Part shown: positions 13,642 to 26,545 of the stretch, in pieces
Numbering within the stretch: the stretch's first letter is position 1
Layout: each line of letters starts with the position of its first letter
NCBI GenBank assembly: GCA_032718475.1
Contig: JAUCBJ010004880.1
Span: 1-64,000 of the forward strand
From: Nemertoderma westbladi
Taxonomy: Eukaryota; Animalia; Xenacoelomorpha
Reading direction: 5' to 3'
DNA: 64,000 bases
Translations under genes and position numbers: made by a program
Notes under the pieces: model-generated
Told to the model about the DNA's origin: nothing
The model's input: the letters and a program-made list of their open reading frames with translations, nothing else
Database searches by the model: none

Positions 13642-15593
13642 AACAATAAATAAGTTTTTGAATTTGTAATTAAACTAAATTAAGAAAATATAATCGTAAC
13701 TGGATAATGATAAAAAATAATCTGCAATTTAATAATACAGGACACTGAGGATACTATCAGGTATAATGGTCCCCGAACCTAAGACATACCCCAGTGATGA
13801 TAAAGAATATAGGATAAAGGAACGGGAATGTATTGCGGTTCGAAACTCGATTCGGAAAAATTCTTGGCAAATGCTAATGCTTACCAGCAAGGGTTGAACA
13901 GCTACTGAAACGCGCGAGCCCGACACGAATGAGCCCCTGACGAACTTCAAAATGGGCACATTCACCGGACAACCGCCCGTCAACAAGTCGGCTATAAGGC
14001 CTACAGGCCACAGCCGGTACAAGGGAGTACAATAGTGGCAAACCAGTGAAAAAGTCACCAGATAAGGGCAAGAAGACAATTCCACATCCAATTCCTCTCC
14101 TCCAACAAAGGTATGAGGTTAAATCTTGGCTAAACCTCCAGCGTTGATTTGCACTCAAACAATCGAACTCGCATGGCGCCGTGAAAATCTTGGACCACCA
14201 ACCCGTGACTACATATTGACCGAAACTTGTTAGTTTCCTACTGGAGCCTGCTGTTAATGAATATGGATTGAATTGGCCGTGCCAGCGGTCAACGTCGATA
14301 ACTTTGTTTACCCACAACCACAGCGTCAGGAGGACATCAAACAATTCCCCACCCCAAGTCCTCAGCAACATTTCTAATAAGAAAGCAAAGTAGGACTTAC
14401 CCAGCATTGACCCAAAGTAAACCTACACTGCGATGCTAGACATCCAACCACCTCCGTAAATACTGTCCACAATGTGTCAAAGGAGATCAATACAGCCTAC
14501 CTCAATTTAGGGAACCCGCCATAATGGGACAACCAGCAAAGATTATTCCCCAAAATGTACCAACAACCACATTTAGAGCTTCACATCTTTCTGCACGTAT
14601 GAGGACACAGCAATCATGCCCCCCCCCCCCCCCCCCCCCCCTCCGATATGTTGATCTCTTGGTCCCAAATGTTTTCTTCGATGACATCATCCCAAAGCCA
14701 TCACTACGAAACATTGTTGAAACGTGTTGGGCGCTACTCTATCACTGGAATGGATTACCAATAACCACTCCAGGTTGCAGAAATGCATAGGACGGACTGG
14801 CAATAACATGACGCTGGCGAATTATGACATCCGTAAAGGGATATTCTTTTTCCCAACGAAACCCTGCAGATATTCGAAACTCAAACGTCATACCACCAGC
14901 CAAAAAGGTTTCAAATATACTCACATACGTATAAAGGCTGCCCACCCTGAAGTCGGCCCATTCAAACTTAAAACCTGGTTGCTTCAATACATAAACGGAA
15001 GTTCATGTTCAAAAGTGTTCAATGCAAATCTGAGATGTACGATCTTGTTTGGGACGATTTAGAATGATAGTGATATTCTAGTGTATTCAGTGAACTCAAA
15101 ACTACAATACAGCTATGAATGGTATCAAAATGGCATAGCATATAATTTTTAGGAAGCTTCATAGGTTACCATATATTGCAGTGCTTCTTACATGTTTATA
15201 TTTAATAAGATACTTAGACTCATCTGTATCTGTCGTAGGTCGGCGGCGTATAGCCGTTGTAATTTAATTTTTAACTCCTATAACTATATTATTATTGCAG
15301 TGCTGTTATCGCGGTTTAAATACAGTTCTGCAAGTTCAGTTTTTATGACCTTAGTCCCGGAATAACAATCAAAATATTAATATTATAATAATTGTATGTG
15401 CTCATTGAAAAAAATTGACAGATATTCTAAATCGGAGTGATAATACTTAGATATTTTACTGTGCACTGTGCACTCAGTCGTTTTTAATTAGTTTTGTTAA
15501 AAAAGAGCCTCATTTTAGAACCCGTGCATTCAGTTTTGCTATAACTTTTAATTCAGCTGAGCGCCTCATTTTCAAAATATCAAAATAGTGAAA

Positions 15594-15710
15594 TCGGGAA
15601 TAGCCCAGGGAACAGTATCCGGAGTACTATGCTTCGGAATGTATGTAGGAGACCTACCAGATAATATCTCCAGTGCTGTGTAGCGATGATTAGCTGATGA
15701 TGCGAAAAAT
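15594..15710 (+). mobile_element. Small CR1-like RT fragment
   Basis: Reads SGIAQGTVSGVLCFGMYVGDLP...ADDAK. Confidence 0.55.
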
Positions 15711-16049
15711 TCTTTTTAGAAAACGCGGCTATATTATTGTAAGTCGATCCATTACCTACATTTGGTTATTAATTTTATTGCTGTCAGTCTCTTCTGTTTT
15801 ATCTGTCTCTTCTTAATTTTATGCTGTGAATAAATATAATAAGAATAATTATTGATGGTAAATCCTTAAACAAACTAAGAACCTATTCGCTATTGAAGAA
15901 CTCACTGCTACATGAAGACTATTTGAACGATATGTCATTTAAAAAAAATCCAAAATAATCTTTGCCAAGCACGGTTCACAATTAGCAACCTCTATGAAAG
16001 AAACTTGTGGATATCACAAACCCCTCTGGAAGAAAGATTGTGGGGGTAA

Positions 16050-16355
16050 TACGAGGAAACGGTCTAAATGGCGGATTTAAGTAAGCACGCGAAGCCAATT
16101 TTAAAAATCGGTTGTGATTTTCAATAGCAAATCTGATGTAACAAATCAGTGGTGCATTTTATTCAACCTTGCGTTCTATGGGTAGTGATTTTCGATCCAT
16201 TCAAATACACATTAAACAAGTCTTAATAATTTTGCATCTGATTCATATCAATTGAAATCTGACATACGCGTCTTTTGACACCCCAATTAATAAAATTCAT
16301 AAAAAGGAACATTTATAAAATGCTGTTTACAATAGCAAACTCGACAGATTACCGC
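16050..16355 (+). repeat. Dispersed repeat, copy 1 (second copy at 60171-60478)
   Basis: Collinear similarity from acgaggaaacggtc to atgctgtttacaat..caaactcg.cagatt. Confidence 0.8.
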
Positions 16356-16360
16356 CTACT

Positions 16361-16660
16361 GCTACATTATATATATGTACATGCCGTACGCACACAGACT
16401 TCCACCTAATGCTACATTATATATATGTACATGCCGTACGCACACAGACTTCCACCTAATGCTACATTATATATATGTACATGCCGTACGCACACAGACT
16501 TCCACCTAATGCTACATTATATATATGTACATGCCGTACGCACACAGACTTCCACCTAATGCTACATTATATATATGTACATGCCGTACGCACACAGACT
16601 TCCACCTAATGCTACATTATATATATGTACATGCCGTACGCACACAGACTTCCACCTAAT
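16361..16660. repeat. 50-bp perfect tandem repeat x6
   Basis: Unit gctacattatatatatgtacatgccgtacgcacacagacttccacctaat. Confidence 0.97.
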
Positions 16661-18189
16661 AGTTTCATATTGCAGGATTGCAGTAGCCAACAACATTTTT
16701 GTTGTGAACCGCTACAAGTACATTGATTGTGTCATCTTGTTTCTTGGGTTATTCGTGTTTTCGAAATTTTTAAATTAAATTGAATAAATAAAAATTGCAG
16801 TAGACATCTCAAACTTTTATTTTTCGGCGGTGGATCCAAAATTTCATGCCCTTATATGGGGGGTTCTGAGTCCGCTGGAATTAATAAGAATAGCACTAGC
16901 AATATCATGCTTTTTTTTGGCTGTGGGTACAAAAAAATTGGAATTTGGTTTACTGGATATAATAGATAATTTCCTCTCTCACACATGTTACTAACAAGGT
17001 TTTACGGAGCTTGGTCTTGAATTCTCTGATTGAACTAGTATTCGGTACGTTCACAGTCATGGAATTCCATTTTGTCACCAGTAATATAGATAAACTATTG
17101 TTGCCGAAATTATTTTTAGTTCAGAGAACTTTTGACTTACTTTTTGATATTTTGAATTTTAACTATTTTTTAGTGTCTGTTTCCATCCATGTGTATTGTG
17201 TGTGTATCATGGAAAGGTGTCATGAAAAGGGTCAGTAATAAGCAACAATAATGATGATGGGGCAGCACAATGGATTTATAAATTTGGATATTGTTTTATA
17301 AATTTTGGCAGCTGGCTTATAATTTTATAGGCTGAGGGGTATTTTTTGTATTAATGTGTATGTGGTCATTCAAGTCAAACTTAATCAGTTAATGATTGTT
17401 GTGACACCATGGTATGTATATATTGGTGTACATTGTATATATACATATATATTAGTATACCTGATATATTACTGATTTAATTTGATTTAGATCTAGTTTG
17501 GTAATGCAGATGGATTGTGGAATTGTAAGGGTTACCGCGAAGTTTGTGACGGTGATGTGTTGTGAAGAGACAGTTTGGCAATACATTCTAGTAGTGCTGG
17601 ACGACATACGTACTGTATACGAAAATGCGATGACTGCATCATTTATTTTACCAGCCAGCTGGTATCAAATGAAGGACCCTTCCCTCTCACTCCGCTTGTT
17701 GTGTGTAAATCTTGTGCCGCAAACGTTTGAGCCTCGATTCCTCGCCTATTCCTCATCTTACAACTCTATATTATTGCGCGCAAATTGAATCGCAACTAAT
17801 CAATAAAACTAGTGGTATTTAGCCAGAAATTACTCCTGATTACTCATAACGTCACACTCATTGTATATTAAATGGCTAAATGAATAGGATCATTTTGTGT
17901 TTAATATTATTATTAGTTTTTTTACGTGATCCATTCAGTACTTTTGGTTGCAAAATCACAGTAATTTGTAATTTTTTATTAAATTTTTGATGATTTCGAA
18001 CTATAATTTTATGTCCAATACTTTTTCTCACTATACTGGTAAATAAAATAACTTTATTTTTTATGATAAATTATTTATCTACCTTTAGGTTTTTTGTTGA
18101 CCACAGCTTAGTTAAGGTGGATTAGGTCGTTGCTTCGTTTGTCTGTCTGCGATTTACGTCCGTATGGCTAACTAATTAGTATCGTCCCG

Positions 18190-18595
18190 CCAGTCCAACC
18201 ACACGGCACCCAACACCATTTCCCAAATCGAGACCTTGTTGGACCAGAGAAGTGCGAATTACAACATCCGACGGATACCCCCCAACAAACACGCCAGTCG
18301 CCTCTCTCGGATTAATGCGAGAGATGCATACCATCTTACCTCTACTTATATATTTAAAAAAAAGGGAATTCTTTTTCGGCTGTTAGGTAGGGATTATACT
18401 CAGTCGTATAACTTATTTCCAGTTGCGGTCCCCACAGAACTATACTTCCCAGAGGAAACTGGTACTTACTCAGCTATCATTTAATAATTAGAGGGAGAGA
18501 TGCGCCCTGGCTGGTCCCTTTAAAGCACTCGTACCGTACCGAAACGAAAACTAACCTGGTCCCCTCCCGAGGCACGATTCCACACCCCCGGAGAG
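18190..18595 (-). mobile_element. tRNA-derived SINE (Nin/Deu-like core), minus-strand copy
   Basis: 18435-18565 is reverse-complementary to 33805-33930 (gagatgcgccctggctggtccctttaaagca..ccgaaacgaaaact). Confidence 0.7.
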
Positions 18596-19176
18596 ATTTT
18601 AATTCAATGCCACAGTTTTAACCCCTAAACCAATGTTGGACTTAAACTCGCGGCGGTCGCGGCGACTCTCGCCGCGGCGCCAGAAGTGTCAAAGGGTCAG
18701 AAGGCCGTGTCAAAGGTTCGAAAGGGCCGATATTGCAGTTTAAATTTTATTATCATACAACTTTCCCTCAATTGTTAACAACATCGTTTATTGTTTTGGT
18801 TGGAAAAAGCCGCCTCTGTAACTTACTCCTTTCCCTTATAATTGTTTGACGGTGTTGTTGGTCCTCTGAAACGTCTTTTCAACTCTTTGACTCTTTTTGA
18901 CCCATTCACCTGAAATCCCAGCCAGAAGGGTAAATGTAATCCTACGGTCGCAGACGGATCCGTGGTTTCTTCTTGACCTGTAAACACTGCTCCAGAATGG
19001 AGTCGGTTAAACGGTTTGTATGTGCATGAGAGGTGGCGTCATCATTATTAATTTGTTAAACTCTATTAAATAAATTTAATTAAGTAATTAAAAGATACAA
19101 ATTAATTAATAAATATGAAGTGAAATTATTTATTGGATTATTTCTGGGTTCTGGTGGATTCGTATCGGTCGTAGGA

Positions 19177-19403
19177 ATGGAAGTTCCATTGGAATGTGAA
19201 AACAACCCCCACAGCAACAGCAACAAGCACATTAGACGACCAAAGAAGAAATCCTGTTTGGATAAACTTCTTGAATCGACCAAAAAGTTCGCTTCCCCCA
19301 GACACAACCGAGTATTCCGGCTATTAGTTGCTAATTATTCTTTGTTTGTATTCAGTGAATCTAACTTGCTGAGGAAATGGTGCAGACGTCTCATCGAATG
19401 GCC
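19177..19403 (+). CDS. cac: Cav2 calcium channel alpha-1, coding exon 1 (N-terminus; start uncertain)
   Basis: ATG at 19177, reading MEVPLECENN...NYSLFVFSESNLLRKWCRRLIEWP (cf. Cav2 NRSLFLFSEDN..RK..ITEWP). Ends at a U12 donor ATATCCTT. Confidence 0.88.
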
Positions 19404-19687
19404 ATATCCTTTACTTACAACGCATTGAGCACAATATTAAATAGTTTTATAAAACTTGTTATCTATAGATTGAACAAAAATATGTAAATTAAACAGGATT
19501 TCCATTTGTAAACGAGTTCAATAACTATTGGATATGAAATCTTTATTTTAATGCTACATTGAGTCTTGTTTAAAATTACATAATTGTTTTATAAATATAC
19601 AGAATATTATGGTATTCATTTTTATGTCAACTATTGCATGGTTTGGTTGGCTAAATGCATGTAATTTCCTTAAACCAATACATCCAC
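19404..19687 (+). other. U12-type (minor spliceosome) AT-AC intron, 284 bp
   Basis: 5'ss ATATCCTTT at 19404, branch site TTCCTTAAA at 19666-19674, 3'ss CAC at 19685-19687. Splicing gives IEWP-PVEYLILLTIITNC. Confidence 0.93.
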
Positions 19688-19793
19688 TCCTGTAGAATAT
19701 CTTATATTATTGACTATAATTACCAACTGCATTGTCCTGGGAATGGAGGTGCACTTACCCAACCAGGACAAATCGACGTTGGCTGTTACTCTG
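19688..19793 (+). CDS. cac: Cav2 exon 2 (IS1)
   Basis: PVEYLILLTIITNCIVLGMEVHLPNQDKSTLAVTL; donor GTGAGT. Confidence 0.95.
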
Positions 19794-19811
19794 GTGAGTT
19801 GGAATTACTTG

Positions 19812-22800
19812 ATAATAATAATAATAAATAATAATCTTCTTTATTTCAGCATATTGCAGCCATATGGTACAGTAAAAGATAAGATATATATTAATATTTA
19901 GCACAGAGTATTATAGTATAGTAAAATTTAATTAGGACGTAAAATAAAATAAGTTAAATTAGTAATTGGACTATCTACATAATGTTATGAAGTTACTATA
20001 TAATACTGAGACTGGGCGACACACCAAGCGAACAGTAGAGATAATTGAGTTTATAGATTTATCAACACGTATATGCAAACTATATAGAGCATGTCTATGT
20101 ATTTCAATAAATGATTTAATACCTAGATTAACAAGCATAGCACTGGTGCTGTTAGGCAAACCAGTTTCAACATTAAATAAAGGTAAACGAAATAAATTTC
20201 TGACTGTTTTGTTTATGGCGGTATGCAACTTATTGAAAACAGATTTCGTATAATATATTTTAGACCAGAGAGCATTACAATAAATAGTTGAGCAATATGT
20301 AGTATAAAGAAGTAACTTGATATGATTCGAGCAATTGGCAAACTTACGTATTAACATGTTAGCCCGTCCATAAAAACGACGCGTCTGTGCACCAATATCG
20401 AGGTCATCAGAAAAATCACTTGATATAATATGTCCTAAATACTTAAAGCTCTCCACGACTTTAAGTGGTTTTCCGTCCAAGATTATCGACGCGAAATCAA
20501 AATGTTTTCGCATCTTACTGCGCATAAAAACGCACTTTGATTTAGCACCATTAAATTTCATACCGTTAGCAGATGCAAACTTGCTACAAATGTCAATGAG
20601 CTCTTGTAGAGCAATAGGTGTAGAGGCAATGATACAGATATCATCAGCATATATTAAATGGTTAATGCACATATCGTTTAAGGAACATCCAAGTTCAGAT
20701 TTACAAAGATCAATACTTAGTTGATTAATAAACAAATTAAAAAATTTAGGGCTAAGCGGGCTACCCTGTCTGACTCCATTGGAGCATGTGAATGGTAAGG
20801 ATTTAAAACCGTTCCATAGCACGATCATGGTTTGATTTGAATACATGAAGATAATAACCCTAATAATAAAAATCGGTACTTTACGTTCAAATAATCTAGA
20901 AAATAATTTAGAATGATCTACATTGTCGAATGCTTTGGAAGCATCTAAGAAGGATATATACAAATTAGAACCATTAATTAAGTAATAATTAATAATCTCT
21001 TTTAGCGTATAGACACAAAGTTCAGTCCCTAGTTTGTCTTTGAAACCGAATTGGTTATCTGTTGTAGCCAGTAAGCAATCAATTCGCCTTAAAATGAACA
21101 ATTCGTATATTTTACATATTATATTTGAAACCGCAATAGGACGGTAGTTACTCTTGTCTGTAGTATCACCGGTTTTATCTTTAATAACCGGTGATATATA
21201 AGACGATATCATACTAGGAGATAAAAAACCATGAATATTAAAACCGGTAAAAATTAATGAAAAAAGCACCATAATCCGTTTACTGGCATAAATAATATGT
21301 TCCGCGGTTAGGTTGTCAGGACCGGACGCTTTATTTCTATCCAACTTCCGAATGAGCTCAGCGATTTCGTTTGGCGAAACTACCATATCCTCGGAAAAGA
21401 GAATCTCTTTTAAGTACACTGCCTCAGCTATCGGTGGAGGTACTGAAGGGTGCACATGCGGATCGGAATTAGGTATCGTTGGGGGCACCGTAGGGGGCAC
21501 CAGCGATGGTGTGGTAACCGTCGGAGACACCGAAGGGGGCTCCGATGTCGAAGGGGGCAGCCAGGTGGGAACCGCACCCAGCGGATTCGCCCAGGTTGAG
21601 GTTGGTATTGAAGCCGAAGTGGGCGCAGGCGGGGGCACTGAACCCGATGGGGGCGTCCCGGTGGGCACCGAAGTCGAGGGGGGCGCCCAGGTGGGTACCG
21701 AATCCGCAGGGGGCGCCCAGGTGGGCACCGAAGCCGCAGGGGGCGCCCAGGTGGGCACCGAAGCCGCAGGGGGCGCCCAGGTGGGCACCGAAGCCGCAGG
21801 GGGCGCCCAGGTGGGCACCGAAGCCGCAGGGGGCGCCGAGGTGGGAAGCGAAGTCGAGGGGGGCACCCAGGTGGGCACCGAAGCCGCAGGGGGCGCCCAG
21901 GTGGGCACCGAAGCCGCAGGGGGCGCCGAGGTGGGAAGCGAAGTCGAGGGGGGCACCCAGGTGGGCACCGAAGCTGTAGGGGGCATCCAGGTGGGCACCG
22001 AAGCCGCAGGGGGCGCGGGCGCCGGAGTTGTTGCCGAATTAAATATAGTGCGATAATGGAGTTCCCACATGTTAGCAATGTTCTGAGTGCCAGATGCTCC
22101 ACCGATTGTAGTCGCTGGAGGGGACTTTATCGTGTTGTCCTTCTTGACATTTTGCCAGAACTTATAACAGTTTTTATCCAATAGGCCTTCCGCTAACTTA
22201 TCGCAGCGAATTGTTTCGGAGGTACGTTTAATAAGTTTAATATATTTAATATATAATAAGTTTAACGTTTAATAACTTTAATTATCATTAGACGAGGGTC
22301 AGATTTATCAACAATTTCAATACAATCATCACCGAAGCTTTTATTCCATAGGACTCCGAGGCCACCGTGTGGCCTTCCGATAAGGATATCGGATTCCAAG
22401 TCAACAGGAGAGGAGCCTCGCCCGTAATGATTAATGGATAGCGTATCGAGAATCCCCAAGTCCTGTTTGGTAAGGAGAGTTTCTTGTAATAAAATTATAT
22501 CGTTAGCCTTCGCGAGTTCAGAAATCACGTATCTACTTGATAGAGTCCGAACGGAGTTTGCGTTATAGGTCGCGATTCGCATTGATTATTGAGTGTTAGA
22601 TGCTTCGCCAGCGACCCCAGCAGTAGACAAAGATATCGGTGGAAGCTTGGCAGGGACGGAAGGATTTCTGTGGCCGCCAGTCCATTCTCGGATAACCATG
22701 CCGGATGGCCACTTCCCGCAATTACCTTCATCCTTTAGAATTGCTGCGGTTTCATGCGAGCAGCCAAGCTTGAACGATTTATACTCGGTGGCCCTTGTCT

Positions 22801-23800
22801 GCACTTCATCACAGGTTACATCAACCTCGAATGCAGATTTAACGAATTGACACAGTCGTTCAGTTGATTCACCTAAGTCCAAACGGGAAACGAAAATGTA
22901 GGATCGACGGGGTACCGATTTAAGCCCCGGTGTAGTACCGGTGCCTATAACTGCCTTTGGACGGTGTGGCTGGGGGCGAGAGGTGAAACGTAGAGGTCGA
23001 CCATTACGGCCAACTGTTGTCATCCCGTCGTCAGTACCCGTGTCTTCCACCGTTATAATTTCCTGAGTGTCATCGATCGGTGCTGGTTGGTGTGCAGGTG
23101 CTCCATTCGATAGATCTCGGTTTACCATCTTAACTTGTTTCGGCGGCTGCCGCCTGTTACGTGATTGATTTGAACTGGAATCGGGGCCAAGCGAGGTCTG
23201 GTTGACAACGGGAGCCGGAGTTGAAACCTCGGCAAAGGAACGGGAACTAACCATCACTTTATTGCCATGCTCAAGGCAGGCAACGCGGTCTTTGAGCGCC
23301 CCCATTTCCTGCACTAGCTGCGATAAGGTAGAAGCTGCTGGGTTAACTGGCGGCAGAAGAGTAAAGTCCTCCACTACAAATTGAGGGCGAGGATCGAGGT
23401 TCTTAAATGCTTGGAGTTCAAAAATCGAGAGGATATCGCAAATATATTTTTTGCGCTTATTATCACCGTTGTATTTCGTAGCAAATTTCTTAGTCACATC
23501 TCTATCGGAAATGAGTGATAGAACGGATGATCTCGCGTTTTCGATGTCCGGCGTTTTAAACGAGGGCCAGCAAGTCATGGAGTCGACAACATCGTCAAAA
23601 AACAGCGCCTTTATGTACTCTCTGCCAAGCAAAGCAGAGGACATGGTCAAGGATTACATTGCTCTCCCCCATCGAAGCGAACTGGCTTAAGTGTGCCAGA
23701 TCGATCAATAGCTAGTAGACCGGCAAACACCAAAATAGTCAATACAGCAATGCAATTACTCAATATGATATGCGGTACAGTACAGCAGTACAGCAGTAAC
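19812..23800 (-). mobile_element. Near full-length L2/Daphne-like LINE, antisense in Cav2 intron 2
   Basis: ORF1 22586-23650. ORF2 starts MRIATYNANS..LLQET (APE N-terminus, 22262-22582), then an internal deletion, then RT 19971-22181 (NYRPI, QFGF, LDASKAFD, GVRQGSPLSP, YADD, KYLG). Trinucleotide tail at 19812-19835. Confidence 0.93.
21540..22020. repeat. 30-bp GC-rich minisatellite, in frame within LINE ORF2 ([10 protein letters not shown] repeats)
   Basis: Unit gtgggcaccgaagccgcagggggcgcccag. Confidence 0.93.
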
Positions 23801-24020
23801 AATATTATTGAATATATATATATACACCATGTCCCGCAATATAGCTAAGTATATAATAAGCTATAATATGATTTGAGTTTTCATTCTTAAATATTTGATT
23901 ATCATGTCGCATGGATTATAGCACTGGATGGATGGAACTCAAACATACACCATAGCTTAATGATTAAAACTATTTATTGCATCAAATCCATATTAATCAA
24001 ATATATATAGAACGATAATA

Positions 24021-24904
24021 CACCATGACCCGTAATATAGTGTCATTTTCTGATGACACTGACACCCCCCTCCCTTCTACAGATTTTTCTACAAATCTGT
24101 ATCATATTGCTTGAAATTTGAAACACCACTAGTTCTACTCACCGTCGTTGACCCCATGAAGCCGGAATTTTCTATTTCGCCTTCAAATTTTTTTTATTAG
24201 CGTTTTAAAAAAGTGTCTTTTGCGAAATCGCACCATCCGTATCGTGGACATTCTTCACAATAGTCGTAATATAGTCGTAATAATTATATCATTAAAAATC
24301 TTGCCTTGCAAGGATTAGAAATATGTAACAATATCTGAATTTTGTTGAGAAACAGCTGAGATATAGGCGTTCAAATATTGCAAGAATTATTGTTCACTGA
24401 AGGCCATTTATTTTATTTAATAAATACACAATGTTCTGGAACATTTTGTTTAAGTATGAATAGCTACGCAATATATATATTGGATAGGAATACCGCTGTT
24501 CTAGAATTTTGTGTATTTATTTAATAGAATAAATGGCCTGCAGCGAACGATAATTCTTGCAATATTTGAACGCCTATATCTCAGCTGTTTCTCAACGAGA
24601 TTCAGATATTGTTACATATTTGGAATCATTGCAACGCGAGCTTTTTAATGATATGAAAAAGTTACGACAAATGCGAAGAATGGCCACGATACTGAGGGTG
24701 CGATTTAGCAAAATGCACTTTTTTAAAACGCTTATAAAAAAAATTTAAAGGCAAAGTCGAAAATACCTGCTTCACTGGGTCATCGACGGTGAGTGGAACT
24801 AGTTGTGTTTCAAATTTCAAGCAATATGATAAAGATTTGTAGAAAAATCTGGGGGGGGGGGGTCCGTGTCATCAGAAAATGACACTATATTACGGGACAT
24901 GGTG
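24021..24904. mobile_element. Foldback MITE with TA TSD (Tc1/mariner-like), copy 1
   Basis: TA|CACCATGACCCGTAATATAGTGTCATTTTCTGATGACAC ... GTGTCATCAGAAAATGACACTATATTACGGGACATGGTG|TA, with very long imperfect inverted arms. Fragments also at ~23825 and ~24975-25100. Confidence 0.9.
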
Positions 24905-25282
24905 TAATTATTATAGGGCTATCTATTAATGTAAACCCTATAGGGCTCTTCAGGCAAACAAAAATATGACAGTTCGGACACCCACCCCCCCCCCCCCCCC
25001 CCCCTGCCAGATTTTCTACAAATCTTAATCAGATTACATGAAATTTGAAACAAAGATAGTTTGACCTACATCCTCCGTTCTGAGAGAGCCGGAATTTTTA
25101 TTTTCGCTTGAAAAAAGTTTCGCATCAATCAAAATGTATCCATGTGCATACAGATACTTTAAATAATAATAACATATGATTAAATATATTAGTTGTGGAT
25201 AATTCGTTTGTTATATCACCTAAAGGCTACTGGCATATGATTACATAATTAAATAATTTATTGCTTTTTCTCATTAATCTAG

Positions 25283-25422
25283 GACAATACTGAAATGTTC
25301 TTCATCATAGTTTTTGGAGTTGAATGTGTTCTAAAAGTGATCGCTTTAGGGTTAGTTCTACATAAAGGATCTTACCTGAGGTCATTATGGAATGTGCTCG
25401 ATTTCATTGTTGTTGTCATTGG
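25283..25422 (+). CDS. cac: Cav2 exon 3 (IS2-IS3)
   Basis: ag|DNTEMFFIIVFGVECVLKVIALGLVLHKGSYLRSLWNVLDFIVVVIG|gtgagt. Not in the ORF track. Confidence 0.96.
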
Positions 25423-26545
25423 GTGAGTTTCCTTGGTTTGAAGTTGAAATTAGTATTTACCTTCACGTAGGCCTACTGAGATATGCAAACATATAAATTA
25501 TTTTAAGGAGCTTTAGGACGGGGCACGCTCTAACCACACTACAATACGTCCTTTGTTACCGGTGTAACCATCCATACTCCATATAACCCTTTATTTCCCT
25601 TCCCACCTTCCTATTTCCTAAATATATAGATACAAACGTTTTTTGCACTGCTTGTTCATCTGTGAAAAGATATACAATTCGGAAAGTCCTAATACAGATT
25701 TTATGGTTGAGACACAACAAATGCGAGGAATTTTCAGAAAGTGAAACATCTAACTTTGCATTACCTCATCTTATAAGGATAAACCTTTTGGTATTGTCCT
25801 CAGAATTACAATTTATTTTTATGGACACTCATCTTCGTGTGGCAGCCAATGTTGTATTCATGGATCGATACAGTAGTCTCCATTGACTTTGCTAGCCAAA
25901 AAAAATTGAAATGTAGAAGGAACATTTAACGAAATTTATAAATTGTCATATTTAATGATGCACCACTTTTGGTTCCACACTATGAATTGAGTTTGCATAC
26001 TCCCTACTCTCAATATCAATCAATTTCTCAAACCCAACCGACTTATTCCATGAAGATGACATATTTCACGGATTAAACATTACATTTTATCATTATACAT
26101 TATTATTGATATTTTTCATTATAAATTTTCTTGATATCATAATGATAATGATTGATAATCTACATGATATGGTTTTCTCTAAATCTCGCATATTACCCTA
26201 AAAATTAGCCCAGTTAAGAGGAAGAGGAAGAGGTGTTGGTTGCGGGAAGGACTGGCTGAGTAGGGTAGAAAGGATTATATTGATTCTCTCTTCTTTATAG
26301 ATTTTTATATTTCTCGAATATGCGAGAACTGTCACAGTCTCTGTGTCACAGTCCGAGTCGTACAGTAGTTATTTACTGGTCTACTGTAGCAGTAATAGTT
26401 GTTCGGTGTAGTGTAGTTCGGCGGGAACGCATTTCCCCTATAAATCAGTTGAAGTACTTATATGTGCGGTGCTGCCTCATGTATTTTACGTATATATGAG
26501 TACCGGAAATATACGAAAAAAATATGTTACCTCCCCCATCAATAG

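Noticed and set aside
13729-15062. Cluster of medium ORFs, possibly an old LTR-element remnant
   Set aside because: No recognisable motif could be supported by eye.
16361-16660. CRISPR-like appearance of regular repeats (also 2131-2450 and 59077-59326)
   Set aside because: No unique spacers, no cas genes, eukaryotic context.
21313-22102. Overlapping ORFs of 247, 224 and 144 aa
   Set aside because: Shadow frames of the GC-rich 30-bp minisatellite in LINE ORF2.
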